From positions 1,063,329-1,127,328 of the forward strand of contig DAIDHW010000001.1 of the NCBI GenBank assembly GCA_027451865.1: DNA of 64,000 nucleotides. Reading direction: 5' to 3'. This stretch comes from Leptolyngbyaceae cyanobacterium clean351 (GTDB taxonomy: Bacteria; Cyanobacteriota; Cyanobacteriia; DAIDHW01). This document shows positions 1 through 10,579 of the stretch, piece by piece (the first letter of the stretch is position 1; each line of letters begins with the position of its first letter). The position numbers and the translations under genes are program-made. A model generated the notes under the pieces. It was given only the letters and a program-made list of their open reading frames with translations, had not been told where the DNA came from and searched no databases.

Positions 1-651
1 ATCCAACAGCCGTTGGTAGTGGGTGATCACGATGGTAGAGTTCTGCGGGCTAGCCAGGGTGTTAACTCCCTTGGCCACAATCCGCAAAGCATCAATATCT
101 AAGCCTGAGTCAATCTCATCGAGGACCCCTAGACGTGGTTCTAAAAGAGCCATTTGGAGAATTTCATTACGTTTCTTTTCTCCCCCCGAAAACCCCTCAT
201 TGACGCTGCGCTGTAAAAAAGCCGGGTCAATTTCCACGATCTCAAGCTTGGCTTGAATAAAGTCGTCAAAGTCTAGGGGATCTAATTCACTTAACCCCAG
301 GTAGCGCCGTCGGGAGTTACAAGCAAGGCGCAAAAAATCTAAATTACTCACCCCGGGGATCTCTAGGGGGTACTGGAAAGCCAAGAACAGCCCCGCCTGG
401 GCACGCTGTTCCGGGGCCATGCCGAGGAGGTCTTGTCCCAGATAGGTAAGCGTGCCCCCCGTCACCTCGTAGTCGGGGTGACCCGCTAGCACCTTGGAGA
501 AGGTGCTCTTACCGGAGCCATTACGGCCCATAATGGCGTGGACCTCCCCAGCCTTGACCTCTAGGTTCAGGCCGTTCAGGATGGGGATGCCATTCACCGA
601 GGCAGTCAGATCTCGGACCGCCAGGATCGTTTCACTGTGCTCAATCAACAT
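1..651 (-). CDS. sufC: Fe-S cluster assembly ATPase SufC (3' end runs off the window)
   Basis: Not in the ORF track. Manual translation from ATG at 651 gives [21 protein letters not shown]...[22 protein letters not shown] (Walker A). Lies directly downstream of sufB. Confidence 0.95.
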   Translation of the reverse strand, partial: MLIEHSETILAVRDLTASVNGIPILNGLNLEVKAGEVHAIMGRNGSGKSTFSKVLAGHPDYEVTGGTLTYLGQDLLGMAPEQRAQAGLFLAFQYPLEIPGVSNLDFLRLACNSRRRYLGLSELDPLDFDDFIQAKLEIVEIDPAFLQRSVNEGFSGGEKKRNEILQMALLEPRLGVLDEIDSGLDIDALRIVAKGVNTLASPQNSTIVITHYQRLLD

Positions 652-658
652 AGCCGGA

Positions 659-2095
659 CTAACCTACACTCCCTTCTAACTTCAAGCCCAACAGACGGTC
701 CGCCTCCACAGCAAACTCCATAGGCAGCTGATTGAAGACATCCCGGCAAAATCCACTGATCATCAAAGAGACGGCTTCCTCTAGGGGAATACCCCGTTGT
801 TGGAAATAAAATAACTGGTCTTCACCAATTTTAGAGGTGGAAGCCTCGTGCTCCACCCGGGCTTGAGGATGTTGCACTTGAATGTAGGGGAAGGTGTTGG
901 CCTGGGCTTCATGACCAATCAGCATCGAGTCGCACTGGGAATAGTTGCGAGCCCCCCGGGCCTTAGGTCCCATTTTGACCAAACCCCGGTAGCTGTTGCG
1001 GGAGTGCCCGGCAGAGATGCCCTTAGAGACAATGGTGCTGCGGGTGTTGGGGCCTACGTGCACCATCTTAGTACCTGTGTCCGCCTGCTGGTAGTGGTTA
1101 GTTAGGGCAACAGAGTAGAATTCTCCCACAGAGCCTTCCCCTACCAGTACACAGCTAGGGTATTTCCAGGTGATGGCTGAGCCGGTCTCGACCTGAGTCC
1201 AGGAGATCTTAGAGTTTACCCCCTGACACAAACCCCGCTTAGTGACGAAGTTATAGATGCCGCCCCGGCCCTGGGCATCGCCAGCGTACCAGTTTTGGAC
1301 GGTGGAGTACTTAATTTGGGCATGGTCAAGGGCAACCAATTCCACCACCGCGGCGTGGAGTTGGTTAGTGTCGTACATGGGGGCGGTACAGCCCTCCAGG
1401 TAGGAGACCTGACTGCCACAGTCAGCCACGATTAGGGTGCGCTCAAACTGCCCCGTATCCCCGTTGTTAATCCGGAAATACGTAGATAGTTCCATGGGAC
1501 AAACCGTATCCCGCGGGATGTAGACGAAGGACCCGTCGGTGAACACCGCTGAGTTGAGGGCCGCGTAGTAGTTGTCGGCGCTCGGCACGACAGTACCAAG
1601 GTACTTTTTAATCAGGTCAGGATACTCCCGCACCGCCTCGGAGATGGAGCAGAAGATCACCCCTTGTTCGGCGAGCTTTTCCTTAAAGGTGGTGGCTACG
1701 GAGACGCTGTCAAAGATGGCATCCACCGCCACATTAGCTAAGCGCTTTTGCTCCGAAAGGGGGATACCGAGTTTCTCAAAAGTGCTCAACAGCTCCGGGT
1801 CTACCTCCTCTAGGCCCTTCTTCTTCGCTACCTGCTTCGGGGCACTGTAGTAGATGATGTCCTGGTAGTTAATCGGGGGGTAGGTGACACTCTGCCAGGT
1901 GGGAGGGCTCATCTGTAACCACTGGCGGTAGGCCCGCAGACGAAACTCTAGCAGGAATTCTGGCTCTTGCTTCTTAGCGGATATCAGGCGGATCACGTCT
2001 TCGCTCAGACCCCGGGGGATGGTGTCTGACTCAATATCCGTGACAAATCCGTACTTGTAAGGCTGGTTGACTAGGGTAGATACCGGAGAGCTCAT
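659..2095 (-). CDS. sufB: Fe-S cluster assembly protein SufB
   Basis: [22 protein letters not shown]...YLEGCTAP...[10 protein letters not shown]...[15 protein letters not shown]. Start trimmed to ATG 2095 (478 aa) because the longer ORF overlaps ftrC. Confidence 0.97.
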   Translation of the reverse strand: MSSPVSTLVNQPYKYGFVTDIESDTIPRGLSEDVIRLISAKKQEPEFLLEFRLRAYRQWLQMSPPTWQSVTYPPINYQDIIYYSAPKQVAKKKGLEEVDPELLSTFEKLGIPLSEQKRLANVAVDAIFDSVSVATTFKEKLAEQGVIFCSISEAVREYPDLIKKYLGTVVPSADNYYAALNSAVFTDGSFVYIPRDTVCPMELSTYFRINNGDTGQFERTLIVADCGSQVSYLEGCTAPMYDTNQLHAAVVELVALDHAQIKYSTVQNWYAGDAQGRGGIYNFVTKRGLCQGVNSKISWTQVETGSAITWKYPSCVLVGEGSVGEFYSVALTNHYQQADTGTKMVHVGPNTRSTIVSKGISAGHSRNSYRGLVKMGPKARGARNYSQCDSMLIGHEAQANTFPYIQVQHPQARVEHEASTSKIGEDQLFYFQQRGIPLEEAVSLMISGFCRDVFNQLPMEFAVEADRLLGLKLEGSVG

Positions 2096-2108
2096 GGGGG
2101 GTGAGGAG

Positions 2109-2456
2109 TTATAGTTGATGGCTACGAATTTCAGCCAAGCTAATATCTTGGCGAGGGCCGGCAAAGGCGTTTTCCGGGGGCAGGAATAGCATACAGTGAC
2201 ACTCCTTTCGCTCCCGCATGGGTACGCAGGGGCAGTTCCAGTAGGCAGCTGACACCTCAGCCGCTTTGTCTTCGTAGTGGCGACAGGGGCATAGGGGTGC
2301 TCCCAACTCCTCCTTGTTTTTCGCCAACCCTTCAATCACTACCGCCGTAACCCCCAGGTCTAGGCAGAAGAAGGTACCAGTGCGCTGGGCGTAGGTTTCT
2401 GAGAAGTGGCGCATAGCCTCCAGATTCTTTTCACTAGAGAGAGGGGAAGTACTCAT
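2109..2456 (-). CDS. ftrC: Ferredoxin-thioredoxin reductase catalytic subunit
   Basis: CPC...CPC...CHC motifs ([23 protein letters not shown]). Usual cyanobacterial position upstream of sufB. Confidence 0.96.
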   Translation of the reverse strand: MSTSPLSSEKNLEAMRHFSETYAQRTGTFFCLDLGVTAVVIEGLAKNKEELGAPLCPCRHYEDKAAEVSAAYWNCPCVPMRERKECHCMLFLPPENAFAGPRQDISLAEIRSHQL

Positions 2457-2531
2457 GGGCGGGGGAGTGAATGGTGCTTATAATTAAACCAGTATGTTCT
2501 ATTGCCTAGGGCTTTCTCAAGCTTACACTAT

Positions 2532-2555
2532 TTTAGCAACTTCTGTGTTGCTAAA
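2532..2555. promoter_or_regulatory. SufR operator (CAAC-N6-GTTG inverted repeat)
   Basis: tttagCAAC-ttctgt-GTTGctaaa: perfect 9-bp arms with a 6-bp spacer, between divergent sufR and ftrC-sufB. Matches the described cyanobacterial SufR site. Confidence 0.9.
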
Positions 2556-2599
2556 TGCCTTTATGACCCCCTCAAGCCCCCATCCCAGGTGTCCTAGTC

Positions 2600-3322
2600 A
2601 TGGCTAACACCTCCACTAAGCAAAGCATTCTCCAGTCGTTGCTACACAAGGGGGAATCCTCTGCTCAGTCTCTGGCCCAGGAGTTGGACCTCAGTCCCCA
2701 GGCCATTCGCCGCCACCTCAAGGACCTAGAGACCGCCGGCCTAGTTACCCACGTAGAGGTTCTCCCCCAAGGCCTAGGTCGTCCCCAGCATCACTACCAC
2801 CTCAGCCCGGCCGGGCGGGCCCAGTTTCCTACCCAGTACGATGAGTTTGCCCTGTCACTTCTAGACACCTTGGCAGAAACCGTCGGTAAGGAACAGGTAA
2901 CCTCGATCCTCCACAAGCAGTGGCACCGCAAAGCCCTCACCTATCGGGAACTTCTAGGGGAGCTGCCCCCAGAACAACGGGTGGCTCAACTAGTAGAGTT
3001 GCGGCGGGCAGAAGGCTACATGGCTGATTGGTACGTGCTCCCCCCTACCGCCGCCGGTCCCCAGTTCATGCTCACTGAACACAACTGTGCCATTTCCACC
3101 GTCGCCGAGTCTTTCCCCAGTATTTGTGGCCATGAACTGCAGATGTTCATGACTGCCTTGCCGGACGCCCAAGTCCAGCGCACTCATTGGCTAATCGATG
3201 GTGAAACCCGCTGTGGCTACCTAATCCAATTCCATCTGGGAGTGGGCTTGCCGGCGCAACCCCCAGGCCAGGACAACCAAAAACAGCAAGCCCATCCCCC
3301 CAGCGAGGGGATTTTGGTTTAG
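2600..3322 (+). CDS. sufR: Iron-sulfur cluster biosynthesis transcriptional regulator SufR
   Basis: N-terminal HTH (SPQAIRRHLKDLE), Cys ligands HNCAI...SICGHEL...RCGY. Divergent from the suf operon. Confidence 0.95.
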   Translation: MANTSTKQSILQSLLHKGESSAQSLAQELDLSPQAIRRHLKDLETAGLVTHVEVLPQGLGRPQHHYHLSPAGRAQFPTQYDEFALSLLDTLAETVGKEQVTSILHKQWHRKALTYRELLGELPPEQRVAQLVELRRAEGYMADWYVLPPTAAGPQFMLTEHNCAISTVAESFPSICGHELQMFMTALPDAQVQRTHWLIDGETRCGYLIQFHLGVGLPAQPPGQDNQKQQAHPPSEGILV

Positions 3323-4051
3323 GCCCGTCAACCAGAGGGGGGCTTGGGGCGGGTAGGTCACCAGACCTCCTACCCGTACCAGATAGTAGCCCCAAACTAG
3401 ACCCCCATGAATACCGATGGCCAGGCCGAGCCGGCCCCGGCTACAGGCCTTAGCCCAACCGAGGCTCCAACCCAAGACCACTAAACCAGGGAACTGGGTC
3501 CAAGTGGCCAGAATTTCAGTCCAAGGGTGAATAAAGTGCAGCAGGGCATAGATGAGACTACTGGCAAGTAGAGCAACGGCAGCTGAATAGTCCCGGCCTA
3601 GTTCATCCAACAGCCAGCCGCGAAATAGCAATTCCTCAGCTAGGCCCACCCCCAGGGCTACCCCCAGGCCACCCAAGACAACCGGTCCCAGGGGGGTCAC
3701 CGGCGCCTGCCAAGTTAGCCAGCCCCAGGCCCCCTCTAGGGTAAACAGCATCCCTAGCAGCCCCAAGCCCATACCCAATCCCAGCCCCAGTTCCCGCACA
3801 CTCCCCCAGCCCCCCCTAAAACCGTAGCGCTGCAGGGGTTGAGTTTCCCCGTAGACTTGCCAGTTCCACCACTTCACCAGGGCAAGAAACTCACCGTAGA
3901 GCAGGGGCATGGCCAACAGGCTAGCCCGGTTAGGAGAAAGCCAGGCGTAGAGGGGTAGGGCTAGGGGCAACCACACCACTAGAAGAGCCAGCACTAACAA
4001 ACCAATCCGCAGGGGTACTGGCAGTTTAGTTAGGGCAGCCAACCTAGGCAC
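3221..4051 (-). CDS. CPBP (CAAX/Abi family) intramembrane metalloprotease
   Basis: Multi-TM protein with EELLFRG, ALLHF and IGIHGG motifs. Start placed at GTG 4051, just after the clpS stop (uncertain). Confidence 0.85.
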   Translation of the reverse strand: MPRLAALTKLPVPLRIGLLVLALLVVWLPLALPLYAWLSPNRASLLAMPLLYGEFLALVKWWNWQVYGETQPLQRYGFRGGWGSVRELGLGLGMGLGLLGMLFTLEGAWGWLTWQAPVTPLGPVVLGGLGVALGVGLAEELLFRGWLLDELGRDYSAAVALLASSLIYALLHFIHPWTEILATWTQFPGLVVLGWSLGWAKACSRGRLGLAIGIHGGLVWGYYLVRVGGLVTYPPQAPLWLTGLNQNPLAGGMGLLFLVVLAWGLRRQAHSQMELD

Positions 4052-4058
4052 CCCCGGG

Positions 4059-4340
4059 CTAGTCTTCCGGCTCAATTGTGCTGGTGAGGCCATGACTGCG
4101 GAGGGTTTCACAGTAGAATTCCGCGTGTTCCTGGGTACAGACAATCACCAAGGCTAGCCCCTTGTGGTGGGCCTCCATGGTGATATCCACCGCCTGGGGT
4201 TGGGTCAGCTGAGGGACTGTCTGCAGCAAAACCTGCACCACGTACTCGATCGGGTTAAAGTCATCATTGTGGAGGATGACACGGTACTGGGGAGCATACT
4301 TGCGGGCCGTTGAACGCTGTTCAATAGTCTCGAGGGCCAC
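4059..4340 (-). CDS. clpS: ATP-dependent Clp protease adaptor ClpS
   Basis: YRVILHNDDFNPIEYVV...MEAHHKGLALV...EHAEFYCE. Confidence 0.95.
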   Translation of the reverse strand: MALETIEQRSTARKYAPQYRVILHNDDFNPIEYVVQVLLQTVPQLTQPQAVDITMEAHHKGLALVIVCTQEHAEFYCETLRSHGLTSTIEPED

Positions 4341-4465
4341 GGTTTACATCTCTCTAGTATCAAGGTCTAGGTGCGGTCCTTAGTCGACTTCCTCGCAGGG
4401 AAACGGCACGGACTATAGACTGGAGTCAATTCTAACACGATTTAACCCAGGCGAAGACCGCGTCT

Positions 4466-6184
4466 ATGACTAACCTAGTGCTGCAGGTGCAGAACCTGAG
4501 TGTCATGTTCCCCTCACAAGCGCGACGGGCAGTCGATGGGGTTTCCTTTGCCTTAGACCGGGGCCAAACCCTGGGCCTAGTAGGGGAATCAGGTTCAGGA
4601 AAATCCGTTACCGCCCTAGCTCTCCTAGGGCTCCTACCCGCCGCGGCCCAGGTCCAGGGGGAGGTTTGGTTTTATCCCCAGAGTAGGGGACCGGTAAATC
4701 TTGGTCAGCTCACTCCTCGGGAGCGGCGGCATCTTCGGGGTTCTCACCTGGGGATGATCTTTCAGGACCCCTTAAGCTCCCTCAACCCGGTCTACACCTG
4801 CGGCTTCCAACTAGTAGAGGCCATTAGGCAACACCGGCGGATCCCCCGAGCAGCCGCCTGGGACCGGGCGCTAGAGCTCCTCGGGGCAGTTAACCTCGCG
4901 GGACCCGAACTGGCCCGGACCCTGCTGCAGCGTTATCCCCATCAACTATCAGGGGGGCAGATTCAGCGGTTGATGATTGCCATGGCCATCAGTTGTCAAC
5001 CGGAGTTGCTGATTGCTGATGAGCCCACCACTGCCTTGGACGTGACGGTCCAGGCAGGTATCGTCCAGTTGCTAAGTCGGCTGCAACAACAGCAGAATAT
5101 GGCCCTGATATTTATCACCCACGACCTGGGGTTGATCGCCGACCTGGCAGATTGGATTGCTGTGATGTACCAGGGCTCGATCGTAGAGGCTGGTCCCGTC
5201 GGGGAAGTCTTTAGGGATCCTCAACACCCCTACACCCAGGGACTGCTAGCCTGTCGTCCTCAGCCGCAGCGACAGATGCTCTACCTGCCCACCGTTGCTG
5301 ATTTCCTGGGCGTTACCAAGGATAGCCGAGGGGGGATCCACATCCAGGCCAAAGCAATCAGCCCCGAACAGCAGCAAGTAGACCCAGATCTCGCCCACAG
5401 ACGCCTCCAGCAGCTCACGCAACAGCCCCCCCTCCTGCAAGTCCAGGATTTACAGGTACGCCTAGGTCATCACCTGGTGCTAGACCAAGTCAGCTTTACG
5501 CTATTCCCCGGAGAAACCCTCGGGCTAGTAGGAGAGTCCGGATGTGGGAAGACTACCCTGGCTCGGACCATCCTGGGACTGGTGCAGCCAGCGGGGGGCC
5601 GGGTTTGGTTTGCTGGCCAAGACCTAGGGCAGCCCAGGGCCCGGGAGGCCAGCCGCCAACACATTCAAGTGGTATTTCAGGACCCCTTCGCCTCCCTTGA
5701 CCCCCGCCAGACGGTTGGGGCAGCGATCCGCGAACCCCTGGTAATTCGCCAAGGACCACGCCCCCAACAGTGGGAAAGGGTAGCCGAGCTATTAACCCAG
5801 GTAGGTTTACAGCCCGATCACAGGGACCGCTATCCCCACGAGTTCTCCGGCGGCCAACGCCAGCGAGTCTGCATCGCTCGAGCCCTGGCCCTCAACCCCC
5901 AGCTGATCATCTGCGATGAGTCGGTCTCCTCCCTGGATGTGTCCGTGCAAGCCCAGATTCTCAACCTCCTCAAGCGTCTGCAACAGCAGTTCCATTGCGC
6001 CTACATTTTCATTTCCCATAACCTGGCGGTGGTCAAGTTTATGAGTGACCGCATTATGGTCATGTACGCAGGCAAAATTGTCGAAGTAGGCCCCGCTGAG
6101 GCGGTCTACCATCATCCTCAGCAAGCCTATACCCGCAGCTTGATCGCTGCCATTCCAGGCCAGAAGCTACCCCAAGGGACCTAG
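4466..6184 (+). CDS. Peptide/nickel-type ABC transporter ATP-binding protein with two fused NBDs (OppD/OppF-like)
   Basis: Two Walker A motifs (GESGSGKS, GESGCGKT), signatures LSGGQ and FSGGQRQR, Walker B IADEPT and ICDES. Confidence 0.92.
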   Translation: MTNLVLQVQNLSVMFPSQARRAVDGVSFALDRGQTLGLVGESGSGKSVTALALLGLLPAAAQVQGEVWFYPQSRGPVNLGQLTPRERRHLRGSHLGMIFQDPLSSLNPVYTCGFQLVEAIRQHRRIPRAAAWDRALELLGAVNLAGPELARTLLQRYPHQLSGGQIQRLMIAMAISCQPELLIADEPTTALDVTVQAGIVQLLSRLQQQQNMALIFITHDLGLIADLADWIAVMYQGSIVEAGPVGEVFRDPQHPYTQGLLACRPQPQRQMLYLPTVADFLGVTKDSRGGIHIQAKAISPEQQQVDPDLAHRRLQQLTQQPPLLQVQDLQVRLGHHLVLDQVSFTLFPGETLGLVGESGCGKTTLARTILGLVQPAGGRVWFAGQDLGQPRAREASRQHIQVVFQDPFASLDPRQTVGAAIREPLVIRQGPRPQQWERVAELLTQVGLQPDHRDRYPHEFSGGQRQRVCIARALALNPQLIICDESVSSLDVSVQAQILNLLKRLQQQFHCAYIFISHNLAVVKFMSDRIMVMYAGKIVEVGPAEAVYHHPQQAYTRSLIAAIPGQKLPQGT

Positions 6185-6223
6185 ACCCTACAATAACTAG
6201 GAAACTAACCCCCAGCATGCCCC

Positions 6224-7168
6224 ATGAAACACATAACCCTCGGCCCCGAAGGTCCTAGCTGCGCCCCCTTAGGCATCGGTACGTGGGCCTGGGGAGACAG
6301 CTGGTTTTGGAGTTATGGCCAAGACTATGGCCACACCCAGCTCAGGGAAGCCTTCGAAGCTGCCCTGAAGGGGGGGGTCACCCTATTTGACACAGCTGAA
6401 ATCTATGGCCTAGGGGAATCAGAGCGGCTGATTGGTGAGTTCATCCGTCAGACCAGTGCCCCAGTTCAGGTGGCCACTAAGTATTTTCCCCTCCCGTGGC
6501 GCTTTACTCCTGCCGCCTTAGCCGCTGCCCTGACCGCCAGCCTCCAGCGGTTGGGCGTAGGGCGAGTAACCCTCTACCAAATTCACTGGCCCTTCGACTT
6601 TTTCCTTGGTCAACCAGCCCTTATGCAAGCCCTAGCCCAGGAGGTACGGCAAGGCCGGGTAGAAGCCGTAGGCGTGAGTAACTACTCGGCAGACCAGCTA
6701 CAGCGGGCCCATCGGCTTCTCGCTGACCAGGGAGTACGCCTCGCCACCAATCAGGTCCCCTACTCCCTCCTGAATCGCCGGATCGAAACTGATGGTACCC
6801 TGGAGACAGCCAGGCAGCTGGGAGTGACCACCCTGGCCTACAGTCCCCTAGCTCAAGGGCTCCTGACGGGTAAATATCGCTACCAATCCCCCACACGACC
6901 TTCGGGGGCCCGCAACCTCAGTCCTCGTTTCTCCTCCCCGGGGCTTAAGGACCTAGAACCCCTCCTACTTACCCTTGAGCAAATTGCCCAGAACCACCAG
7001 GCTACCCCCGCTCAGGTAGCCCTAAACTGGCTGATTAGCCAGGGCACAGTCCCCATCCCCGGGGCCAAAAACCGCCATCAAGCCCAGGAAAACAGCGCTG
7101 CCCTCACCTGGGAGCTTAAGGAGTCGGAGGTAGAGCAGTTATCCGCCCATAGCCCTGGCCCATTTTAG
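6224..7168 (+). CDS. Aldo/keto reductase
   Basis: LGIGTWAWG, FDTAEIYG, VATK, YQIHWP, VGVSNY, YSPLAQGLLTGKY, PIPGAK. Confidence 0.93.
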   Translation: MKHITLGPEGPSCAPLGIGTWAWGDSWFWSYGQDYGHTQLREAFEAALKGGVTLFDTAEIYGLGESERLIGEFIRQTSAPVQVATKYFPLPWRFTPAALAAALTASLQRLGVGRVTLYQIHWPFDFFLGQPALMQALAQEVRQGRVEAVGVSNYSADQLQRAHRLLADQGVRLATNQVPYSLLNRRIETDGTLETARQLGVTTLAYSPLAQGLLTGKYRYQSPTRPSGARNLSPRFSSPGLKDLEPLLLTLEQIAQNHQATPAQVALNWLISQGTVPIPGAKNRHQAQENSAALTWELKESEVEQLSAHSPGPF

Positions 7169-7181
7169 ATTTGTTTACACC

Positions 7182-8045
7182 CTAGGATTTGCTAGGGCGC
7201 CGGTAACGCAGGAGCTGGTCTGCTAGCAGATCCACGTGCAAGTCCCCCATGCCCTGGAGCATAGCCTCGGCACTGGCAAAGCGCTCACCAGCCTCCGGAC
7301 GGGTGGCTTGGTCTAGAACTCTGGCCAGCAGAGGGCTAATCTTTACCCCCAAACTATCCCAGGAAATGGACTCGCCTGAGGTCCAGAGTTCCTGAGGAGG
7401 TCTGCCCGTGAGCAAGACTAGGGCTGTCACCCCCAAACTGTAGAGGTCACTGGCAAACACTGGATTGCCCTGCTTTTGTTCAAGGGGCATGTAGCCAGGG
7501 GTACCAATCACAGTCAGGTTAGCGGTACCCGCCTGGTTGACCATGGTTTCCTTCACAGCTCCAAAGTCGATCAGCACTACCTGCTGATTCTCGGCCCGGA
7601 CCATCAGGTTAGCAGGCTTCACATCCCGATGGATAATCCCTTTGGCATGGACCGACTGGAGGATCAGCAGGGAGTTAACCAACAGATCAATCACCGCCCT
7701 TTCCCCCAGGGGGCCGCCGGTCTGGAGTTGCTTCTCAACGGTTTGGCCCTCAATCAGCTCCTGTACCAGGTAGAACCGCCCCCCCTCCTCAAAATAGGCG
7801 TACAGTTTGGGAATCTGCGGGGTGTTAGCACTCAAGTCCTCGAGAATCGCCGCCTCCCGCCGAAACTGCTCCTGAACGTGATGGTACAGGTCAGGATTGT
7901 TGTTAACTGGCCGCAACTGCTTGATGACACAAGAGCGTCGGGAGGGTAGGTAGGTGTCTTCTGCCAGCATGGTCACTCCAAAGCCACCTTTTCCAAGGGG
8001 GGCAAGCAGGCGGTAGCGATTGTTTAGAAGGGTGGAATTCATCAC
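7182..8045 (-). CDS. Hanks-type Ser/Thr protein kinase (kinase domain only)
   Basis: LGKGGFG, VIKQL, HRDVKPAN, IDFG, GTPGYMPLEQ, DLYSLG all intact. Confidence 0.93.
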   Translation of the reverse strand: MMNSTLLNNRYRLLAPLGKGGFGVTMLAEDTYLPSRRSCVIKQLRPVNNNPDLYHHVQEQFRREAAILEDLSANTPQIPKLYAYFEEGGRFYLVQELIEGQTVEKQLQTGGPLGERAVIDLLVNSLLILQSVHAKGIIHRDVKPANLMVRAENQQVVLIDFGAVKETMVNQAGTANLTVIGTPGYMPLEQKQGNPVFASDLYSLGVTALVLLTGRPPQELWTSGESISWDSLGVKISPLLARVLDQATRPEAGERFASAEAMLQGMGDLHVDLLADQLLRYRRPSKS

Positions 8046-8346
8046 AAGTGACCCGGGAGAGGAGGGGGAACATAAAGCTTAGCTCGTGGCACCACCGGGG
8101 ACCAGTAATCCGGCACCAGATGGATGAGTTTGTAATCCAGATGATTATAAACTCGCACCCAATTAATTAAAATGCTAACGGCCCGAGCCACAGTTTACAG
8201 CTGTGAACCTAAATTTGATTGAACTCCCAGGGCAGTTTGACAGGCAGCAAAATAAATAGTCAAGGAAACTGCTAAAATCCGGCTTTGTAGTATCGGGCAG
8301 CCAGCGATTTTTGTTAAGCTGAAAGGATACAAGCGTAGTATTCGCC

Positions 8347-8568
8347 ATGGATGATCCTTCTCCCCAAGCCTCAACTAAAGTTGAGGTGTCAATTCGCCTA
8401 GACGCGCAGCTTCTAGACCAGATTAACCACCTCACAGCTGATCCGAGTAAAGTTATTGAGGTGGCAGTGAGCCAATGGCTGCGGGGAGAAACCCACCGGG
8501 ATGATGACTTGACCCGTAGCTTTTTACGTAACCCTCCTTTACCGCCCCGGGGTGAGTGGAACGATTAA
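8347..8568 (+). CDS. Small ribbon-helix-helix-like protein (CopG/CcdA-like, conserved in cyanobacteria)
   Basis: VEVSIRLDAQLLDQI...SKVIEVAVSQWL fits a beta-alpha-alpha pattern. 18 bp upstream of the kinase gene. Confidence 0.65.
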   Translation: MDDPSPQASTKVEVSIRLDAQLLDQINHLTADPSKVIEVAVSQWLRGETHRDDDLTRSFLRNPPLPPRGEWND

Positions 8569-8586
8569 CCTGCCCAGGACCTAGCC

Positions 8587-9867
8587 ATGGCGGACAAAGT
8601 AGCCCCTGACCGCGCAAAGCCAGGCTGCCAACTTCCCAGCTCCATCTCCTGGAATATTCGCCAGAGCCTCAAAACTGAGACCATTTGGTATCAAACGGTG
8701 GTGGGCCTAGGAGAAGCTTTGCAGTTGCACCTGTGCTTAGCCTACGCCTACGGTGAAGATGAGTTGTGCCTAGTTGATCGTTATCCCCAGGGGACTGGGG
8801 AAGCCCCTCCCCTGGCGGAGGATCTCCTAACGCAGATTATCTACACCGGTGAGTCAGTCCTCGAGGTAGCTCCAGGGGAGCTCGTCGTCACCACCCGCCA
8901 CCAAAACCAGCCCAACGGCTTGATTGTACTTTTTCGGCCCGGCCGGCCCTGGGACCCAGACGAGCAGGCTGTAGTTCAAGACCTAGCTGACCAAGTGGGA
9001 ACAGCGATTGCCCATGCTACCCTGTTTGCTGATGTGCAACACTTAGCAGCGGACCTGCAGTTAGCTAACCTCGAGCTGCGCCAGAAACAGCTAGAGCTAG
9101 AGGAGGCCCGGCGGCAAGCCGAAGTGGCCTCACGTCTAAAAAGTGAGTTCTTAGCCAACACCTCCCACGAACTGCGCACGCCCCTAAACGGAATCTTGGG
9201 ATTCCTGAAGCTGATCCTAGACGGCATGGCGGAAGACCCGGCTGAGCAGCGGGAATTTATCCAGGAAGCCTATCGCTCTTCCCTGCACCTGCTAAACATC
9301 ATCAATGACATCCTAGACATCGCCAGGATTGAAGCTGGCAAGCTCAAGATCGACCTAGACCCGGTATCGCTGCGAGAACTATTTACTGATGTGGAAAACT
9401 TTGTGCACCTCAGTGCCCAGCAAAAAAACCTCCAGTTACTGGTCAGCCTCCCTCCCACCCATGACGAGATCATGGTCTACGGCAACTATCAACGTCTCCT
9501 GCAGGTGATGCTAAACCTGGTGGGTAACGCCATCAAATTTACCGATCAAGGACGAGTAGAAGTGACGGCGGAGGTAGTCCCCCCCCACCCTAGCACCCCA
9601 GGCACCCCAGGAGTGGTACAAATTAAAATTCTAGATACAGGAATTGGCGTATCCCTCGAGAAGCAGGACCGCCTATTTCAGTCCTTCAGTCAAATTGACG
9701 GCTCCCGCACACGGCAGCACGGGGGTACGGGCCTGGGGCTAGTAATTTCCCAACGGCTAGTAGAGGCTATGGGAGGGGTAGTCAAGTTCTACAGCATGGG
9801 AGAGGGTCTAGGGTCTACGGTCACTTTTACTATCCCCCTTTACCAAAGACCGATCATCTCTTATTAG
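8587..9867 (+). CDS. GAF-HisKA-HATPase sensor histidine kinase
   Basis: H-box [17 protein letters not shown]-box [11 protein letters not shown]1 DTGIG, G2 GGTGLGL. N-terminal GAF-like region. Confidence 0.93.
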   Translation: MADKVAPDRAKPGCQLPSSISWNIRQSLKTETIWYQTVVGLGEALQLHLCLAYAYGEDELCLVDRYPQGTGEAPPLAEDLLTQIIYTGESVLEVAPGELVVTTRHQNQPNGLIVLFRPGRPWDPDEQAVVQDLADQVGTAIAHATLFADVQHLAADLQLANLELRQKQLELEEARRQAEVASRLKSEFLANTSHELRTPLNGILGFLKLILDGMAEDPAEQREFIQEAYRSSLHLLNIINDILDIARIEAGKLKIDLDPVSLRELFTDVENFVHLSAQQKNLQLLVSLPPTHDEIMVYGNYQRLLQVMLNLVGNAIKFTDQGRVEVTAEVVPPHPSTPGTPGVVQIKILDTGIGVSLEKQDRLFQSFSQIDGSRTRQHGGTGLGLVISQRLVEAMGGVVKFYSMGEGLGSTVTFTIPLYQRPIISY

Positions 9868-9870
9868 GTA

Positions 9871-10467
9871 TTAGGAAGCGTACATTGCCCGCAAGACCTC
9901 AGCTGGGTCAACCCAATCACCACCGTACTTAAGACCCCAGTGCAGGTGAGGTCCGGTAGTCCAGCCAGTCATGCCTACTCGACCGATGCGGGCTCCCGTG
10001 GGTACATCCTCTCCTTCAGCGATCGCAATACTCCCGGCTTTGTCCACTAGATAACGACGGCCGTCAATCACTTCGACCCCCCCCTGCATATGACAGTAGC
10101 GGTGTTGCCACTCCCCAGACTGAAGGACAATCATCGTGCCGCAACCAGTGTCATCGGAAACCACCAATACTTTACCCCCCCACCAGTTGCGAATATAACT
10201 CCCTAGGGGAGCGGCGATATCCAAGCCAGCATGGAACTCCTCCCCACTCCCCAGGGGGTTGGGCCGGTAGCCAAAGCCTGAGGTGTAGGCTTGGAAGTTT
10301 TCCACCGGGAAGGAAGCCTCCTTCCACAGGGAGTTAGAAGTAACTTGTCGCTGTGCCACCTGTTGGCCAAAGGCTGGGTGCAGGGAGAAAACCGCTACAC
10401 TGGTCAGACAAAAGACAGCTAGGAACAATGCCAGTCGGCGCTTAAGTCGTCTGGTAAGAGTAATCAT
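9871..10467 (-). CDS. Secreted M23 family metallopeptidase
   Basis: Signal peptide, HAGLDIA (HxxxD), TGPHLHW (HxH). Confidence 0.92.
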   Translation of the reverse strand: MITLTRRLKRRLALFLAVFCLTSVAVFSLHPAFGQQVAQRQVTSNSLWKEASFPVENFQAYTSGFGYRPNPLGSGEEFHAGLDIAAPLGSYIRNWWGGKVLVVSDDTGCGTMIVLQSGEWQHRYCHMQGGVEVIDGRRYLVDKAGSIAIAEGEDVPTGARIGRVGMTGWTTGPHLHWGLKYGGDWVDPAEVLRAMYAS

Positions 10468-10579
10468 GGTGAATCGGTGGTGTAGTTATTAAACAGTCCT
10501 CCAGTCTCGACTAGTCTAAGCCATAGCCGGCCAATCCCGGCAACCCCAATTCGGTCATTACCTACAGGTCGGAATCTCC

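Noticed and set aside
2096-2335. Long N-terminal extensions offered by the ORF track (sufB to 2335; also Hsp70 21331, fbaA 39229, tpsB 39368, MFS 46081, tsaD 53072)
   Set aside because: They overlap neighbouring genes or precede the family-typical N-terminus, so downstream ATGs were chosen.
4466-6184. ABC ATPase without permease or binding protein as an anomaly
   Set aside because: Scattered ABC components are normal in cyanobacterial genomes.
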